Assembly (NCBI GenBank): GCA_000165345.1
Contig: CM000434.1
Span: 224,001 to 288,000 of the forward strand
DNA length: 64,000 bases
Reading direction: 5' to 3'
The notes beneath the pieces are model-generated. The model searched no databases and was not told where the DNA came from. It saw only the letters and a program-made list of their open reading frames with translations. Shown here piece by piece: positions 30,813-43,592 of this stretch (its first letter is position 1; each line of letters starts with the position of its first letter). Made by a program: the position numbers and the translations under genes.

Positions 30813-31910
30813 TGATTAAAGCTAGGTAAATCTCTCCAAATCTGGGAACAGTTAAATACCTGAAATTAATTTCATTTTCTGAAATTCCTTATAAACTTGA
30901 TTAATATTATTTATTTTGAAAGTACAAATATTTCAAGTCTAATAAAATACCTACTGTGAAAAGCCTAGAAAGAATTCCTTAATAACCAAGAAAAATGATC
31001 AATCTGATTGCACTGATTCTTGTCCCTCTATAACAAAATATAATCTCCCTATTTCAAAGTCTGACTAGTTAAGTAATTTCTTCAATACGATTATGCGCAC
31101 ACACAAAATTAAAGTATGTACTTGCAATGCCCTATATTGCCAAAAAAAAAACTGATTTCTTCTATTACTTTAACTTTTATTAATAAGCATGTAATGCGTT
31201 TTCTCAGACAATACTTTGAATTATGAATTTTTTTATGTACAAATATATTATTTGAACTTTTCTTGAGTTAAGTCTGTATATAATAATATATGTAATATAT
31301 TATTACTATTATATATACATATATATAAATATATATATTAATTAGTTTTTATGACTTTTCATATTTCGATACTTCACCAAAATTATTTATTTATTACTAG
31401 AAATTTTAACTTCTCAATGAAAAGTGGGCTATTTTTAGCTTTAAGTAAATTTATTTTTTTTTTTGAATAAGTGTGCAGTCTTGAATAATATTGGTTTATA
31501 ATTTGAAAGTATAGAAAAAATACCAAGTATTTTCAAATAAATACCACAATTTAGAGAATTCTCACTCTGAATCCATTAAACTCTCTTTTTACCGTGCTCT
31601 AAGATTTTTCTTTTACAGTTGCCCCCCTTTATTTTGCTTTTGAATCTTAAATTATTATTGCCTCAAATTTTCCCTCTTCTTTTTTTTTTACCTAAATTTA
31701 TCATTTTGCGCGCCAAATTCCAACTTAAATTATTTAATTTAAAAAAAAAAAATCAGAGCTCTCGCCAGCGGGGGAAACGGCGGTTCTCTAGTAATAGTTA
31801 ATTGGACGTGGGGATTAAAAAATTTAAGGGAAAAAAAATAAAAGGTAAGGAGAATATATTGGATAAATATTTAAGGTACCGTCAAATATTAATAGAAATT
31901 AATATATCAG

Positions 31911-32633
31911 ATGACTGAGAAAGAAGTAGTTTCAAAGTATTTGTCCTTTAATGAGTCCATAGAGCCAAACTTGACACTTCCAACGGCCTGTAGTGAAGTT
32001 GATTTACCAGAGGATTTAATATCTAGGCCATTACCATTATCTCATGAATGGATTGTATGGGAACAATTAAATGTGGAGACAAGAAAAGATTTAGACTACT
32101 CAAATGCAACAAAGCCAGTTGCCAGGTTTTCATCTGTTCAACAGTTTTGGTGGCTATGGCATAATATTCCTCAGCCTTCTGAGTTATTAAAGGGAAAAAG
32201 AATGATTAGAGAATCATCAGATGGTTCAAAGAGTGTAGTAGACGCAGTGATTTTATTTAAAGAAGGTATCCAACCAATGTGGGAAGATCCAATGAATGCA
32301 ACTGGTGGTCATATTCACTTTAGAGCTTGGCAATCATCAGTTGTTCCTGGAGAATTAGATACAATGTGGAATAATTTGGTTTTGGCTGTGATAGGAGGAA
32401 GTTTGGAGAACTCTTCTATAGTTAATGGAATTAGATTGGTTGATAAACTTGGAGGTAATAAGGGTAATATTAGAGTTGAGATATGGTTTTCAGATTTTTC
32501 AAATCAATCAGCCCATCAAGCACTTCTTAAGGAAATTGAGACTTTAATGAGTAGCTTATTGGATGGTACATCTTGTGAGCCTCCTCATTTTGAAGTTAAA
32601 TCGCATTCAAAGTCAAAACCCGATGCAAATTAA
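31911..32633 (+). CDS. Divergent eIF4E-family cap-binding protein, 240 aa
   Basis: Trp-containing eIF4E signatures are present: HEWIVWEQ, FWWLWHNI, and LFKEGIQPMWEDPMNATGGHIHF, which matches human LFKDGIEPMWEDEKNKRGGRWLI. Confidence 0.65.
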   Translation: MTEKEVVSKYLSFNESIEPNLTLPTACSEVDLPEDLISRPLPLSHEWIVWEQLNVETRKDLDYSNATKPVARFSSVQQFWWLWHNIPQPSELLKGKRMIRESSDGSKSVVDAVILFKEGIQPMWEDPMNATGGHIHFRAWQSSVVPGELDTMWNNLVLAVIGGSLENSSIVNGIRLVDKLGGNKGNIRVEIWFSDFSNQSAHQALLKEIETLMSSLLDGTSCEPPHFEVKSHSKSKPDAN

Positions 32634-32924
32634 AAAGAAACAACAAATGTTGGGGATAATTTATTTTGAGAGATTTATAAGTTTTAAAAAATCTTAGTTT
32701 GATTGAAATTCTCTCTTATCTTTTTCATTATTAATTGACAGAAAATTCAGAATTAGAATATATTTTTTGACTTATTAATAGAGGAATATAAGTAGTCTAA
32801 AGGATTTATCTTATTATTTCAGACTCTGTATAAGAAAAACTACTACATTTTAATATTACGATTTCTTTATATCAGAAGTTAAGATTGCTAATATCTACTA
32901 ACTTAGTTTAGTTATATCTATTGA

Positions 32925-34622
32925 TTAACTTGTTTGCTTCTTTGACTTCTCTCTCTGAATCCATTCTCTCCCCAAAAGTGGTTTTTCTGGGATATTACTT
33001 GACAGAGCCCTTCTTAGTACATGATTCTTTTCTCTGTTTGCAATTTCTCTACTAATAAGAGTGGAAATCAGGTTAACATCGTCATTACTTATCCGACTAA
33101 AAAGTTTTTTCAAGAAAGTTATCTTCTTTTTTGTTTTTGAAGTATTAAACTCTTTAATTAACAGCGATAGACCTTTCTTTGTCATTATTTTTCTAGCTCT
33201 TCTTTTACTTGAACCACTTCTTCTACTTGTTTTAATGGGATCTGTCTGTGTTGCAACAGAAACATACTTATACGAAGTATTAGTTTCCTGAGGTTTTGTC
33301 AAATTCTCTACTTGAGTGGAAACTTCTTGGATTTCTGGTTTCTCAAAAGTGATTGCAATCTCTTCATCTTTTGTATTGCTACCAGTAGAACTTGTGGTTG
33401 AACCTGATTTAGCACTAGAAGAGGAGGCCTTACTATTATCATCTGGGAACTCAACATTATTTTCGAAATCTGAAGAGAACTCTGACTCTTCTGCTTGCAT
33501 TTCAGATTTGAGTTTCTTGCTTTCACCATCCTCTTCCTCACTCTGAGAAGAATTCTGAGGTTTCAATTCAGTCTCATCATTTGTTTGTGAGCTATAACTA
33601 GATTCTGAATTTGTATTAGTTTTAGCTTCTGTATCAGTGGTGTTTTTTTCTTCCTCGGATGCAGAATCCACTGTTGGAAGATTATATGTGGAAGATTTTA
33701 GTAGTAATTGAAGTTCAACTTCATCCGATGAAGCTTCAGAAGTTCCTGGTAACAATAATCCCGAACCTGAATTTGATGTTGAGGCTAAGTTTGATGCTGA
33801 GGCTGAACCTGCAGGAGGTTTTGATCCAGAATCTGAATCTGGTCCTACAGAAGAGAGTTCAGGATGGATTTCCTCTTTATAGCCTCTGAGACCTCTTTGA
33901 GATGTTGAAGAGTATGACTCTTGAGAATCTTGGCTTAAAGTTTTAAGTTCGCTTTCCTCGTGATCTAACTTAATTTCTTCATCTGCTTGGTTTGAAGAGG
34001 AAGCATGATTAAATGTCGAGGTTTGAACTGAACTTGAGAATGAATCTGGAGCAGATTCCAAAGTTGATGCTGAAGATGATACTGCTGCAGATGAATCAGA
34101 ACTAGAATTTGAACTTGAACCTGAACTAGAGGTTGAAGTTGAGACCTGTTCCTGATTAATTGGAGTGGAAATAGTTTTTAAATGTAAATCTGAATCTTTA
34201 TTCTCAGATTCTGACTTTTGTTCCTCCTTCTTTTCATTAGTATTGATATCGTTATCTAATCTTGGAATTTCTTCTAAATCTAATGCTGGTGGTGCTTCCT
34301 CCATAAGTTTAATTGTGGAATGTTTTTCTGAAGATTTTTCAGGATCATCCTTATTATTCAATTCTTTTTCTTGAATAAAAGAATCAAAATCGCTACTATG
34401 TAAAAGCCCTATAGCTTCTGAAGAAGCACCATCATCTAAGCTTTCTGGCTTTTTGCTTGAGTCCTCACTATCTTGTGTATTTTTAACTTCTGTTAGATTG
34501 CTTTCACTCTCTTTTGCATCTGATGCATAAAGTAATTCAAAGTTTAAAAACAGTAAAATTACTATAATAAACAAGAATATAACAGAAATCTTTTTAAATC
34601 TGTGTAATCTTAAAAGCTCCAT
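32925..34622 (-). CDS. Secreted Ser/Thr/Glu-rich mucin-like protein with a basic C-terminal region, 565 aa
   Basis: The N-terminus is hydrophobic (signal peptide or anchor: ISVIFLFIIVILLFLNFELLYASDA). Long S/T-rich tracts follow (STSTSSSGSSSNSSSDSSAAVSSSAST...), typical of O-glycosylated mucin domains. The C-terminus is K/R-rich. Confidence 0.6.
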   Translation of the reverse strand: MELLRLHRFKKISVIFLFIIVILLFLNFELLYASDAKESESNLTEVKNTQDSEDSSKKPESLDDGASSEAIGLLHSSDFDSFIQEKELNNKDDPEKSSEKHSTIKLMEEAPPALDLEEIPRLDNDINTNEKKEEQKSESENKDSDLHLKTISTPINQEQVSTSTSSSGSSSNSSSDSSAAVSSSASTLESAPDSFSSSVQTSTFNHASSSNQADEEIKLDHEESELKTLSQDSQESYSSTSQRGLRGYKEEIHPELSSVGPDSDSGSKPPAGSASASNLASTSNSGSGLLLPGTSEASSDEVELQLLLKSSTYNLPTVDSASEEEKNTTDTEAKTNTNSESSYSSQTNDETELKPQNSSQSEEEDGESKKLKSEMQAEESEFSSDFENNVEFPDDNSKASSSSAKSGSTTSSTGSNTKDEEIAITFEKPEIQEVSTQVENLTKPQETNTSYKYVSVATQTDPIKTSRRSGSSKRRARKIMTKKGLSLLIKEFNTSKTKKKITFLKKLFSRISNDDVNLISTLISREIANREKNHVLRRALSSNIPEKPLLGREWIQREKSKKQTS

Positions 34623-35814
34623 TTTTCTTAATTACGAATTTTCTGGTATCTGCTGCCTAAATAATATAATATAATTTTAAAATATAACCTTTTGTTTCCT
34701 TTATATTGATAAATCGGTTCTTATATAAAACTTTTAATATTACTATTTAAGAATCAATTACTTTCATATACTTTTAATCCACAATCCAAAATAATACTAT
34801 CGTTTCTCCTGCACTATTTTCAAGTAAAAAACTTATTTTCAACTTACTTAATTTTTAGATCGTAATTTATAGCCGCCACCCTACTGATCTATTTGACACC
34901 TTATTTGAAATCTCCCTTTAACTTTACAATTTCCCTAAGCTTTTAAAATATAACAATAGTTTTTTCAGAATTTACTCTTTGAAATGAATATTAAATTGCC
35001 ATTTCATTTTTTTTCATTTCTATCTATTTTTACTAAATAATATACGTCATTTTTGCTAGCCCCCCCCCACACCTTATTCTTTAAAGTCAAAATTTATTTA
35101 AAAAAAAACTGTAAGCAAAAATTTGGTAGGTATTAAACATTAGCCTTTTATTTCCGGCTAGCTTATAGATAAATTACAGATAAATAGAAGACTTATCAGA
35201 CTTACAAAGGTTAACTAATTTCTTATTATTGCTGATACCCTAATCATCTACAATAACTAGGGTGCAATAAGAAAATTGTTTAAATAAATTTTTAAAAATG
35301 CATGTATATCAGAACTCTATCTCTCTTTTGAATCTTTATAATCAATAATAAATGGACAACTATTTTTTGTGTATGCACCGTAAATTCACCATGTTTTTTT
35401 CCTCTATAATAATTTTTAATAAATTACATGTGGGCAAGGCGGTAAATTGCTAGATTAACACGTAATAGTTGACTTTCAATGAATTAAATTATGAAGAATA
35501 AATAAATTAATGGGTAAATATAGGTAGAATATGAATTTTAACTTAAAAATTAAAGTATTTATACATTTATATTTAAAAATATGAATAAATTTATTTAAAT
35601 GCTATGTTGTTAATGAATATTAAATTTATTAGCAATAAAGGGATAAATTTGTAATGGAAAATTTCAAAAATAATATTGGCAATATGCAACAATTCTCTTA
35701 TTAAATTATTCCTAATAAAGTTAGCGCAATTAATTTCAAATTTATGAACCAATATGGAGCATGAATAAAGTTTGTATATTTTTCTTTTAAAAAAAGTTGT
35801 AGTAAATCATTCAA

Positions 35815-36234
35815 TTAATCGATTATCATGTTTTTCTCTTCATCTTCAAATTCATCAAAAACTTTATAAGTATGTCTCTTTTTCCAATTACAATAGTTGC
35901 ACCTGTTAAAGATATTGGTTTTAACGAACTTTTTATTATTATTGTTATTGCCACCGGAAATAATTTGATCTTCAAGGATGAATTCGCAAGTAATGCCCGG
36001 AATAAAGTGGGTATTACATCTTTTACACCACAATCTCCTAGAATCTGGATCAATTCTAGCTAGTTTTTTCCTAGAAATTTCTCTTGCTAGACTATAGCAA
36101 TACCTAGAAAGCTCATTTGAAACTAATGCATATTGTTGGCTAACTTGAAGAAGAAAATTCATTCTATGATAAGCAGGTGCCACGGACATGCCTTCTTTCT
36201 TTTTCTCAGAATCTGGCTGAGAATTCTGCTCCAT
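35815..36234 (-). CDS. RNase P/MRP protein subunit Rpr2 (Rpp21 family), 139 aa
   Basis: The conserved N-terminal block RMNFLLQVSQQYALVS...YCYSLAREISRKKLARIDP is followed by the Rpr2 zinc ribbon C-x2-C...C-x2-C (RRLWCKRCNTHFIPGITCEFIL...CNYCNWKKRHTYK). Confidence 0.6.
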   Translation of the reverse strand: MEQNSQPDSEKKKEGMSVAPAYHRMNFLLQVSQQYALVSNELSRYCYSLAREISRKKLARIDPDSRRLWCKRCNTHFIPGITCEFILEDQIISGGNNNNNKKFVKTNIFNRCNYCNWKKRHTYKVFDEFEDEEKNMIID

Positions 36235-36467
36235 AATTACTATCTATCAACTATAATAATTCTTATTACCAAATAATAATTAAATTAACTCATTAAAATA
36301 AACATGTAAACTAATCAATCAAATATAACCCTTTCTACCATTATTAGATTTGTAAATCTGTTTATTTAATAGTCTCACACAATTCTGATTTTTTTTCTTT
36401 TACATATTATTTTCTCTTGACCTATTTAACAAGATTTTCTTTATTTTTAGTTAAGTACTGATTATTT

Positions 36468-36486
36468 AATACTTGCCCGCCTAACA
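36468..36486. promoter_or_regulatory. GC box CTTGCCCGCCTAACAG upstream of Rpr2 on the minus strand
   Basis: It lies about 240 bp upstream of the Rpr2 ATG and is one of seven copies of the CCCGCCTAA-type variant in the window. Confidence 0.4.
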
Positions 36487-37233
36487 GTTTTTTTTCTAAT
36501 TATTTAATATTTTATTTACATTTAACTTTATATTTTAATATTTTTAGTTGCTTGATTTTTTTCACTAGTTACTATTATAAATACTTATCTTCATGTCTTT
36601 TCTTTAATCAATATACAATCATTTTTTTTTCTATATCTGGAGTGTCTTGTCTTTTGGCTGGAGTTAATAATTTATATATCGTATTAATGATATATTGAAT
36701 AAAAATCTATTAAAAATTGCAGAGAATTAATTTATTCAAGTCAAGTCAAATTTAGAAAAAAAAATATACTAAACATATTTTGTTAATTTATGCGTGCAAT
36801 TTTTATCCTCGAAATTACCGTCGACTTTTCTAAACTTGTTTAACTTTGGCGTAAACTTATTAAAAAATAATCCTTTAAGACTCTAAAAGAGAAAAAGGGT
36901 TCATAAATATATATATTTATATTTATATTAGCAAATGTTAATAATATAATAATACTTAATATACATCTTTATATGTATATTTATGTGTATTACATTTATG
37001 AAATATCTACTTAATAAATATATGCATAGTTCAATAAGGAAATATTTGATGCAAAGTTAATCGAATTTTATGCTCGGCTTTTAAAAAAACATTGAAATTT
37101 CCTCTCTATTATTGTGAGAGAGAGAGAGAGAAAAAAAAAAGAGAATTGTGAATATTACGAACCATATTCACTCCTTTATTTGTATTGTATATTGCAATGC
37201 TAAGAGGTGGCTCTAATAGTGTAAATTTTAACT

Positions 37234-37686
37234 ATGTTGCAATTAAGACAGCTTATCGATAAAAGAATACTAATAAAGAAATGTGTTCCGATTTGTCAAA
37301 GACTTTTCTATAGTGATACTGTACATGATCATTTTAGAAATCCAAGAAATGTGGGGAGTCTCCCCAGTGATGACAAAAACGTCGGAACGGCAGTTGTTGG
37401 CAAGGCTTCATGTGGAGATGTCGTCAAATTACAAGTAGATATTAGGGATGGAATTATTAAAGATGCAAAGTTTAAAACCTTTGGATGTGGTTCTGCTATT
37501 GCCAGTACATCTTATGCTACTGAATTAATCATTGGTAAAACTACGGAAGAAGCTTTGAAGATCAACAACAAAACAATTGCAGATCACTTAAACTTACCTC
37601 CAATTAAATTGCATTGCTCTTTGTTAGCTGAAGATGCTATTAAACATGCAATTAAGAATTATCAAGACAAACAGCTCAAATCATGA
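37234..37686 (+). CDS. ISCU: Iron-sulfur cluster assembly scaffold protein IscU/Isu1 (mitosomal ISC pathway), 150 aa
   Basis: Near-identity to the IscU core: HF.NPRNVGSL...KNVGT.VVGKASCGDVVKLQ...FKTFGCGSAIASTSYATELI.GKT.EEAL.I.N..IA..L.LPPIKLHCSLLAEDAIKHAI. All three conserved Cys and the LPPVKLHCS motif are present. The N-terminal presequence-like leader is MLQLRQLIDKRILIKKCVPICQRLFYS. Confidence 0.9.
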   Translation: MLQLRQLIDKRILIKKCVPICQRLFYSDTVHDHFRNPRNVGSLPSDDKNVGTAVVGKASCGDVVKLQVDIRDGIIKDAKFKTFGCGSAIASTSYATELIIGKTTEEALKINNKTIADHLNLPPIKLHCSLLAEDAIKHAIKNYQDKQLKS

Positions 37687-38494
37687 ACAGCATTTTTTTT
37701 ATACTATATGTATATATATGTATGCATATAATCCAACCTGAAACTATTTGGTTACCAACTCGTCTATATAAAAAAAGAGAAAATTGAAGCTCATATTGAT
37801 TTAAACAGAGTTAAATATAATTTTTCAATGCCAAACACTTGATAAATATGACTATATTTAATATATTAATATTATTCAGCACAAGAATATGATTTTTAAG
37901 TTCCGTTCTCACATAAGATTGATTCAGCAGTCCTTTTACTGCATATTTGATCTTAATCTGTGTGATCTATTCTAATGAATCATCTTATCTCCCTTTTTAT
38001 TAAGTACTATTACTTAATGAATAGAACTTCAATTCTGTTCACTAAGAGGGAGATATTACTTTTATTTATTTATGCCTGCCATTAAACTAGGTTTTAATTT
38101 CCTTATATTGCAAACCCCTTAAATGCCTCTGTTTCTTATCTAGACACTTATACTAAGGATTCTCGGTAGGCTTTTCTTAAGAAAAAAGACGAAAAGAAAG
38201 GGAATGAAGTCACTGTGAAAAGTAATTGCAACAAAAACTTCTAATTTAGCTCCAAGTAGCAAATTGAAGCTAAAATTACGAGACGATGGTTCCCGCCAAA
38301 ACACGTAATTAAATGTTAAAAATGACATTCGATATTAATTTACCTCGAATCCGATTTAATTCTAATATTTTTTTTATTGAAGTTCTGAGAATCATTATCA
38401 CTACCGTTTTCGGAATTTGAATTCATAAAAGTTGATAATACTACACTTTGGAAACAATTAAATATATTTATATAAGATGAAAATTGAGTAACCA

Positions 38495-40171
38495 TTACTT
38501 GGGCGTTGAACAAAGAAATTTGTGTGAACTACTTACTTCAAATATTCCATAGTCTACATCTGTTGAATTCGAATTTTTATGTTCAGCCCCAAGTAAATTT
38601 TCTGAATAGTTCTCATTATTTTCGTTCTCCTCCTCCTGAAGAATCTGCTTAAGTCTTTGCCTTTGGCTTCTTAGTAAAGGAGACATTCTGGGAGGTATCA
38701 ACCTCTCTGAACTATCACTAAAAGTTTTACCACGCAAATAATTTGGAGTAATTTCTTGAGAAGAAACATTTCCAGTATTTAGATCGGAAAAATTATTTGT
38801 GAGAGTTGTCTTCTGTGAAAGATTGGTATTGCTTGTAACTATTACACTACTATTTGGAGGATCTGCTTCTTTCTTTGAACTTGATTCAGCTGTTTCTGTA
38901 ATTCCAACAATAAATTTTCTTCTGATAGTATTGTTTGGGCTTATTCTATAGCTTGGTGATGTAAAGAGTATCTCTCCATCGCTCTGGCTTAGAGAATAAA
39001 GCTCATATTCTTCTGAAGGAGGAGTCTCCAAATTCTTTTCTTTTTCTGGCTCTGTTGGTAAAGCCTCCTTCATGGAGTATGAAACTGAGTCTGGCTTGTA
39101 AACATTGCTAAAGTCTTTATTCTCTATAATGATATGGTTTGTTTTATTAACAGAAGTTGAACTACTATTGATCGGAGTAAGGCCGTATTCCTCTTCTTTC
39201 TGTTTCTTTTTAATCTTATCCGAACTTAAACCAAAACTACTAGATTCACGTTGCTTCCCTAAATAGCTTAAATTCTCTCTCGACCCACGTACTGGGCAAC
39301 TGTTTCTACCTGCCTGAGATCCATTCCTTGCCTTTCTTTTAGATGACACAGAACTTGGGTTCGAATTTGCGTTACGACCAAAAGATGTGTTTTTCTCCTC
39401 TTCTAAAATTCTCATATTTAAAATATGTTCCATTCTCTTTATTTCACGTAGTCTAGTATCCAATTCTTCGTTCTTATATTTGATTTTCTCTTCTCTACTT
39501 TGTAGAATCTCTTCCTGTCTCAATTTTTCTTGTCTTAAAGCCTCTTTAGTATGCTCTAAAGCCCTTCTTTCCCAATCAAGTTCCATTGATTTAAACTCTA
39601 ACTCAATAATTTCTGGGTCTCCATCAAAGTTACAACCAAATCCTGAACTTCCTGCGATAACTTCTCCATTTATAATAAATATAGGATATCCGCAATTACA
39701 TCTTCCAGTTGACTTGCCAAATTTTTCAGCTTGAATCTTCTTTGAATACTCTAAAAAGTCTGATTCATTTTTTTTGACCTTTAGCAAATAGTTTCTAAGT
39801 AATTCTAATTTGCTAAAAATATCCATATTTTGATCAGGGTCTGATGACTCTAATTCAAACTCACTTATTATTGAGTCTAAACTTTCAGTCATTTTTTTTT
39901 CTTTAAGCTTTAAGCTCTCCATAGCAGAATTAAATATCTTCTCAGTCTTTGCATTCACTACTCTTAAATACTCATTGTTTTTTTTTTCTTGTTCCAACAC
40001 CCTCAAAGACTCTGCTAAATTTGACTCTCTCTTCTTCAAATTTAACTCATTCTCCTTAAGTTCCAATAATGAAGCTCTTATCTCATTTTCTCTCTTATTT
40101 AGTGTACGCCTTAATATTTCAACTCCCGTCTCAATTGCCCTTTCATATCTTAAACTTTTTGGCCTGGACAT
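38495..40171 (-). CDS. Hypothetical coiled-coil protein with a glutaredoxin-like TGRCNCGYPIFIINGEVIAG segment, about 558 aa
   Basis: The track ORF starts at GTG (40246). The first in-frame ATG is at 40169-40171 (MSRPKSLRYERAIETG...). A GCATGCA box at 40216 lies about 45 bp upstream of that ATG, supporting the shorter start. Long heptad-like E/K/L-rich stretches are present. Confidence 0.55.
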   Translation of the reverse strand: MSRPKSLRYERAIETGVEILRRTLNKRENEIRASLLELKENELNLKKRESNLAESLRVLEQEKKNNEYLRVVNAKTEKIFNSAMESLKLKEKKMTESLDSIISEFELESSDPDQNMDIFSKLELLRNYLLKVKKNESDFLEYSKKIQAEKFGKSTGRCNCGYPIFIINGEVIAGSSGFGCNFDGDPEIIELEFKSMELDWERRALEHTKEALRQEKLRQEEILQSREEKIKYKNEELDTRLREIKRMEHILNMRILEEEKNTSFGRNANSNPSSVSSKRKARNGSQAGRNSCPVRGSRENLSYLGKQRESSSFGLSSDKIKKKQKEEEYGLTPINSSSTSVNKTNHIIIENKDFSNVYKPDSVSYSMKEALPTEPEKEKNLETPPSEEYELYSLSQSDGEILFTSPSYRISPNNTIRRKFIVGITETAESSSKKEADPPNSSVIVTSNTNLSQKTTLTNNFSDLNTGNVSSQEITPNYLRGKTFSDSSERLIPPRMSPLLRSQRQRLKQILQEEENENNENYSENLLGAEHKNSNSTDVDYGIFEVSSSHKFLCSTPK

Positions 40172-41322
40172 ATCTTTCCATTGAAATTTCAAATTTTTTG
40201 TTAATAATCTCCTTTTGCATGCAAACTTAATTATTATAAACCCCACAAATGTTTGTTTATAGTGTGGATGAATATTTCAAAAAATTCAATTCACTCAACT
40301 TATCTGAATTTCATAAAAAGTATCCAATTATTCAAAATTTTGGCTAGTTTAAATTGGTATATGACACAAAGAATAATTATATAGAATTAATACCTCTTCA
40401 AATTCCTCTTTATTCCCTCACTTGTATTAAGGAAATTTATTTTCCTACAAAATTCTTATAAAAATAATATTATTATTAATATTATATTTATATATAATTT
40501 TAATATGAGAATGTATTTATAAGTTGGATTTATCACGTTTATTACTCAAGTCACATGTGTTGACTAATTATTAACTTATTTACTAATGGTAGCTTTGAAA
40601 TTAAAAAATGAAAGATAAACTTTTGAAAAATATTAATATAATCCAATGGCCAACAAACCAAAATTCTTTAACTATGATTTGGAAAGAAATGTATTCAATT
40701 TAAATATGAGAAATAGGAAAAATGAAATATTGATTTTATTCTCTCAAGTCCTTTCAACCTTTTTTCGTTTCTCTATTAGAGCTTTTTGCCTTTTCACAAT
40801 ATTCCCCCCACACCCCACTATACCCACACACTACAAATATTGTTTATTAAGTACCAATCTAAAATTACAAACAATTTATTTATAAAATTCTCGTATTAAA
40901 TTACCACTTAATCATTCTCATCATACAGCTTTATCTATAATTTGTGCACCAAGTTTGTTCACCTATATTACTCTATTTCAAACAAACATCCCTCTTGTTT
41001 GTTTCTTAAATATTAAAAAAAAAGCATATTAAATTTCCCGCGCTAAAATAACGTTATAATGTGACTAATTAGGAATAAAATGTAAATTAAAAATAATGAA
41101 TCGATAGATCCAACGCTTACAGAGGAATGGTAAATGCATATAGAGACTCAATTATTTTTTAATGATCTTGAATATTCTAATTAGGTAATTTTGAGTCAAA
41201 ACTTATACAAATTATATCATTTAGAAAACTATTTGCGACAGATTAATGTAACCACTCACCCCCCAAGATTCCCGCTCAAAATAATTTAACCCGACAAGAA
41301 GAAGCATTCCCAAGTCTCAAAA

Positions 41323-42012
41323 ATGACTGCAAACCAAAGAATGAGGAAAAATGAGCAAGAAGAGACACTCGAAAGCGACACAAGATCGAATCTTGGGAGC
41401 AGGTACGACGCATGGGTAATAAATCCAAAAACTATCGAAAAAAAAATTAATAAAAGTCCTGATAAACGAGTACTTATAGGATCAAGTCCTTGCGATCGTA
41501 CAAAGCAAGACCGCAACTCAAGTAGTAGCAATACTAACAGTCACTGCGCAAGTAACTCGACGCTAAACCCCAGAATAAAACACCAAGGCCCAACAGTATG
41601 TGCGATTGAAAACGCAGAAATACAAACAAACCAAAATGCCTCCGAAGCTTGCAATTTTGATAAGAAGGCATGGAGCATTGCTCATCTGCCACTTAAAACC
41701 ATGGGTATGACGTTTTTCATGCTATATATGAGCGGTAATAACGCCGGAATTTTCAGCATACTTGTCGTTAGCTATGCTCTCGTTAATGCAGTAAAGATAT
41801 TAATCCAAGCAAACAAGAACTTTCTTGAAATCGAGCGCGCAGCAAGAAAGCCGTTCAACATCCAAAAAGTGGTATATTGCCTATACTCACTCCTTGGAAT
41901 CGCCTTCATCCTCTTCAAGCTGGGCACTATGGGACTCATTCCTGTCAACCGCGGAGACTTCTTTTCGGACACACCACCTCACGCCTTTCCATTGTACGCC
42001 ATTGGTACATGA
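41323..42012 (+). CDS. EMC4: ER membrane protein complex subunit 4 (EMC4/TMEM85) homologue, 229 aa
   Basis: The C-terminal half KKAWSIAHLPLKTMGMTFFMLYMSGNNAGIFSILVVSYALVNAVKILIQANKNF...MGLIPVNRGDFFS aligns with human EMC4 ([49 protein letters not shown]...MGLLPTHASDWLAF). GC content is noticeably higher than in neighbouring genes. Confidence 0.7.
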   Translation: MTANQRMRKNEQEETLESDTRSNLGSRYDAWVINPKTIEKKINKSPDKRVLIGSSPCDRTKQDRNSSSSNTNSHCASNSTLNPRIKHQGPTVCAIENAEIQTNQNASEACNFDKKAWSIAHLPLKTMGMTFFMLYMSGNNAGIFSILVVSYALVNAVKILIQANKNFLEIERAARKPFNIQKVVYCLYSLLGIAFILFKLGTMGLIPVNRGDFFSDTPPHAFPLYAIGT

Positions 42013-42433
42013 GAAAAATTCACAACCCGACAAAAAAATGAAACTTAGAAAAAATTTCAAGCTCGCTTAAATAAAAAATTAGTCTTTTCTGTTATTAATC
42101 CTCACTCGATCTAGCTCAAACATTAAAATCTTCATCACGCAAGGCAAACTAAGTAGCCAAATAATCTTCTAAGTAATCCTTCGAATTGTCTCGCCAAATT
42201 GCTTACTCTATTTTGCTTATAAGTTTACGATAATCAACTCATTCATACGAAAAAAACCTGCGGAACCCGTGGGAAAATTCTGGAAATTAAAAATTAATTA
42301 TTCTTCAGCATTGTAAAAACTGGCGTCCTGATTCAATGTAATAAACAAAACCCTTAATGCGAATTCGCACGAAAGATTTCCATTGCAATTACTCTTAAAA
42401 CTCTTAAACTTTTAAAATTTAATTGAAAAAAAT

Positions 42434-43408
<975 letters not shown>

Positions 43409-43577
43409 CTTCCTTTGTCCTTAGTTGCCTACTTATTAAAGACTGACTAATTATCACCTATAGAAGGGTCGAGCCGAATGTATAAAAATTTGTTATCAAT
43501 TTTTACTTGACGACGCTACAGATGTGTGGGTAAAATGTGGTTAATTGCTTTTTTATGTGGATACACCCAGTCCACGT

Positions 43578-43592
43578 ATTTTTGCATGCATG
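43578..43592. promoter_or_regulatory. GCATGCATG box about 175 bp upstream of the gp60 ATG
   Basis: ttttgcatgcatgtgaag on the plus strand. The motif is palindromic, so its orientation is ambiguous. Confidence 0.45.

Noticed and set aside
38495-40246. Glutaredoxin-like reading of the coiled-coil protein (TGRCNCGYPIFIINGEVIAG)
   Set aside because: Only the C-terminal half of a Grx-like motif is present. No CxxC active site precedes it and the rest is coiled coil, so I kept the protein as hypothetical.
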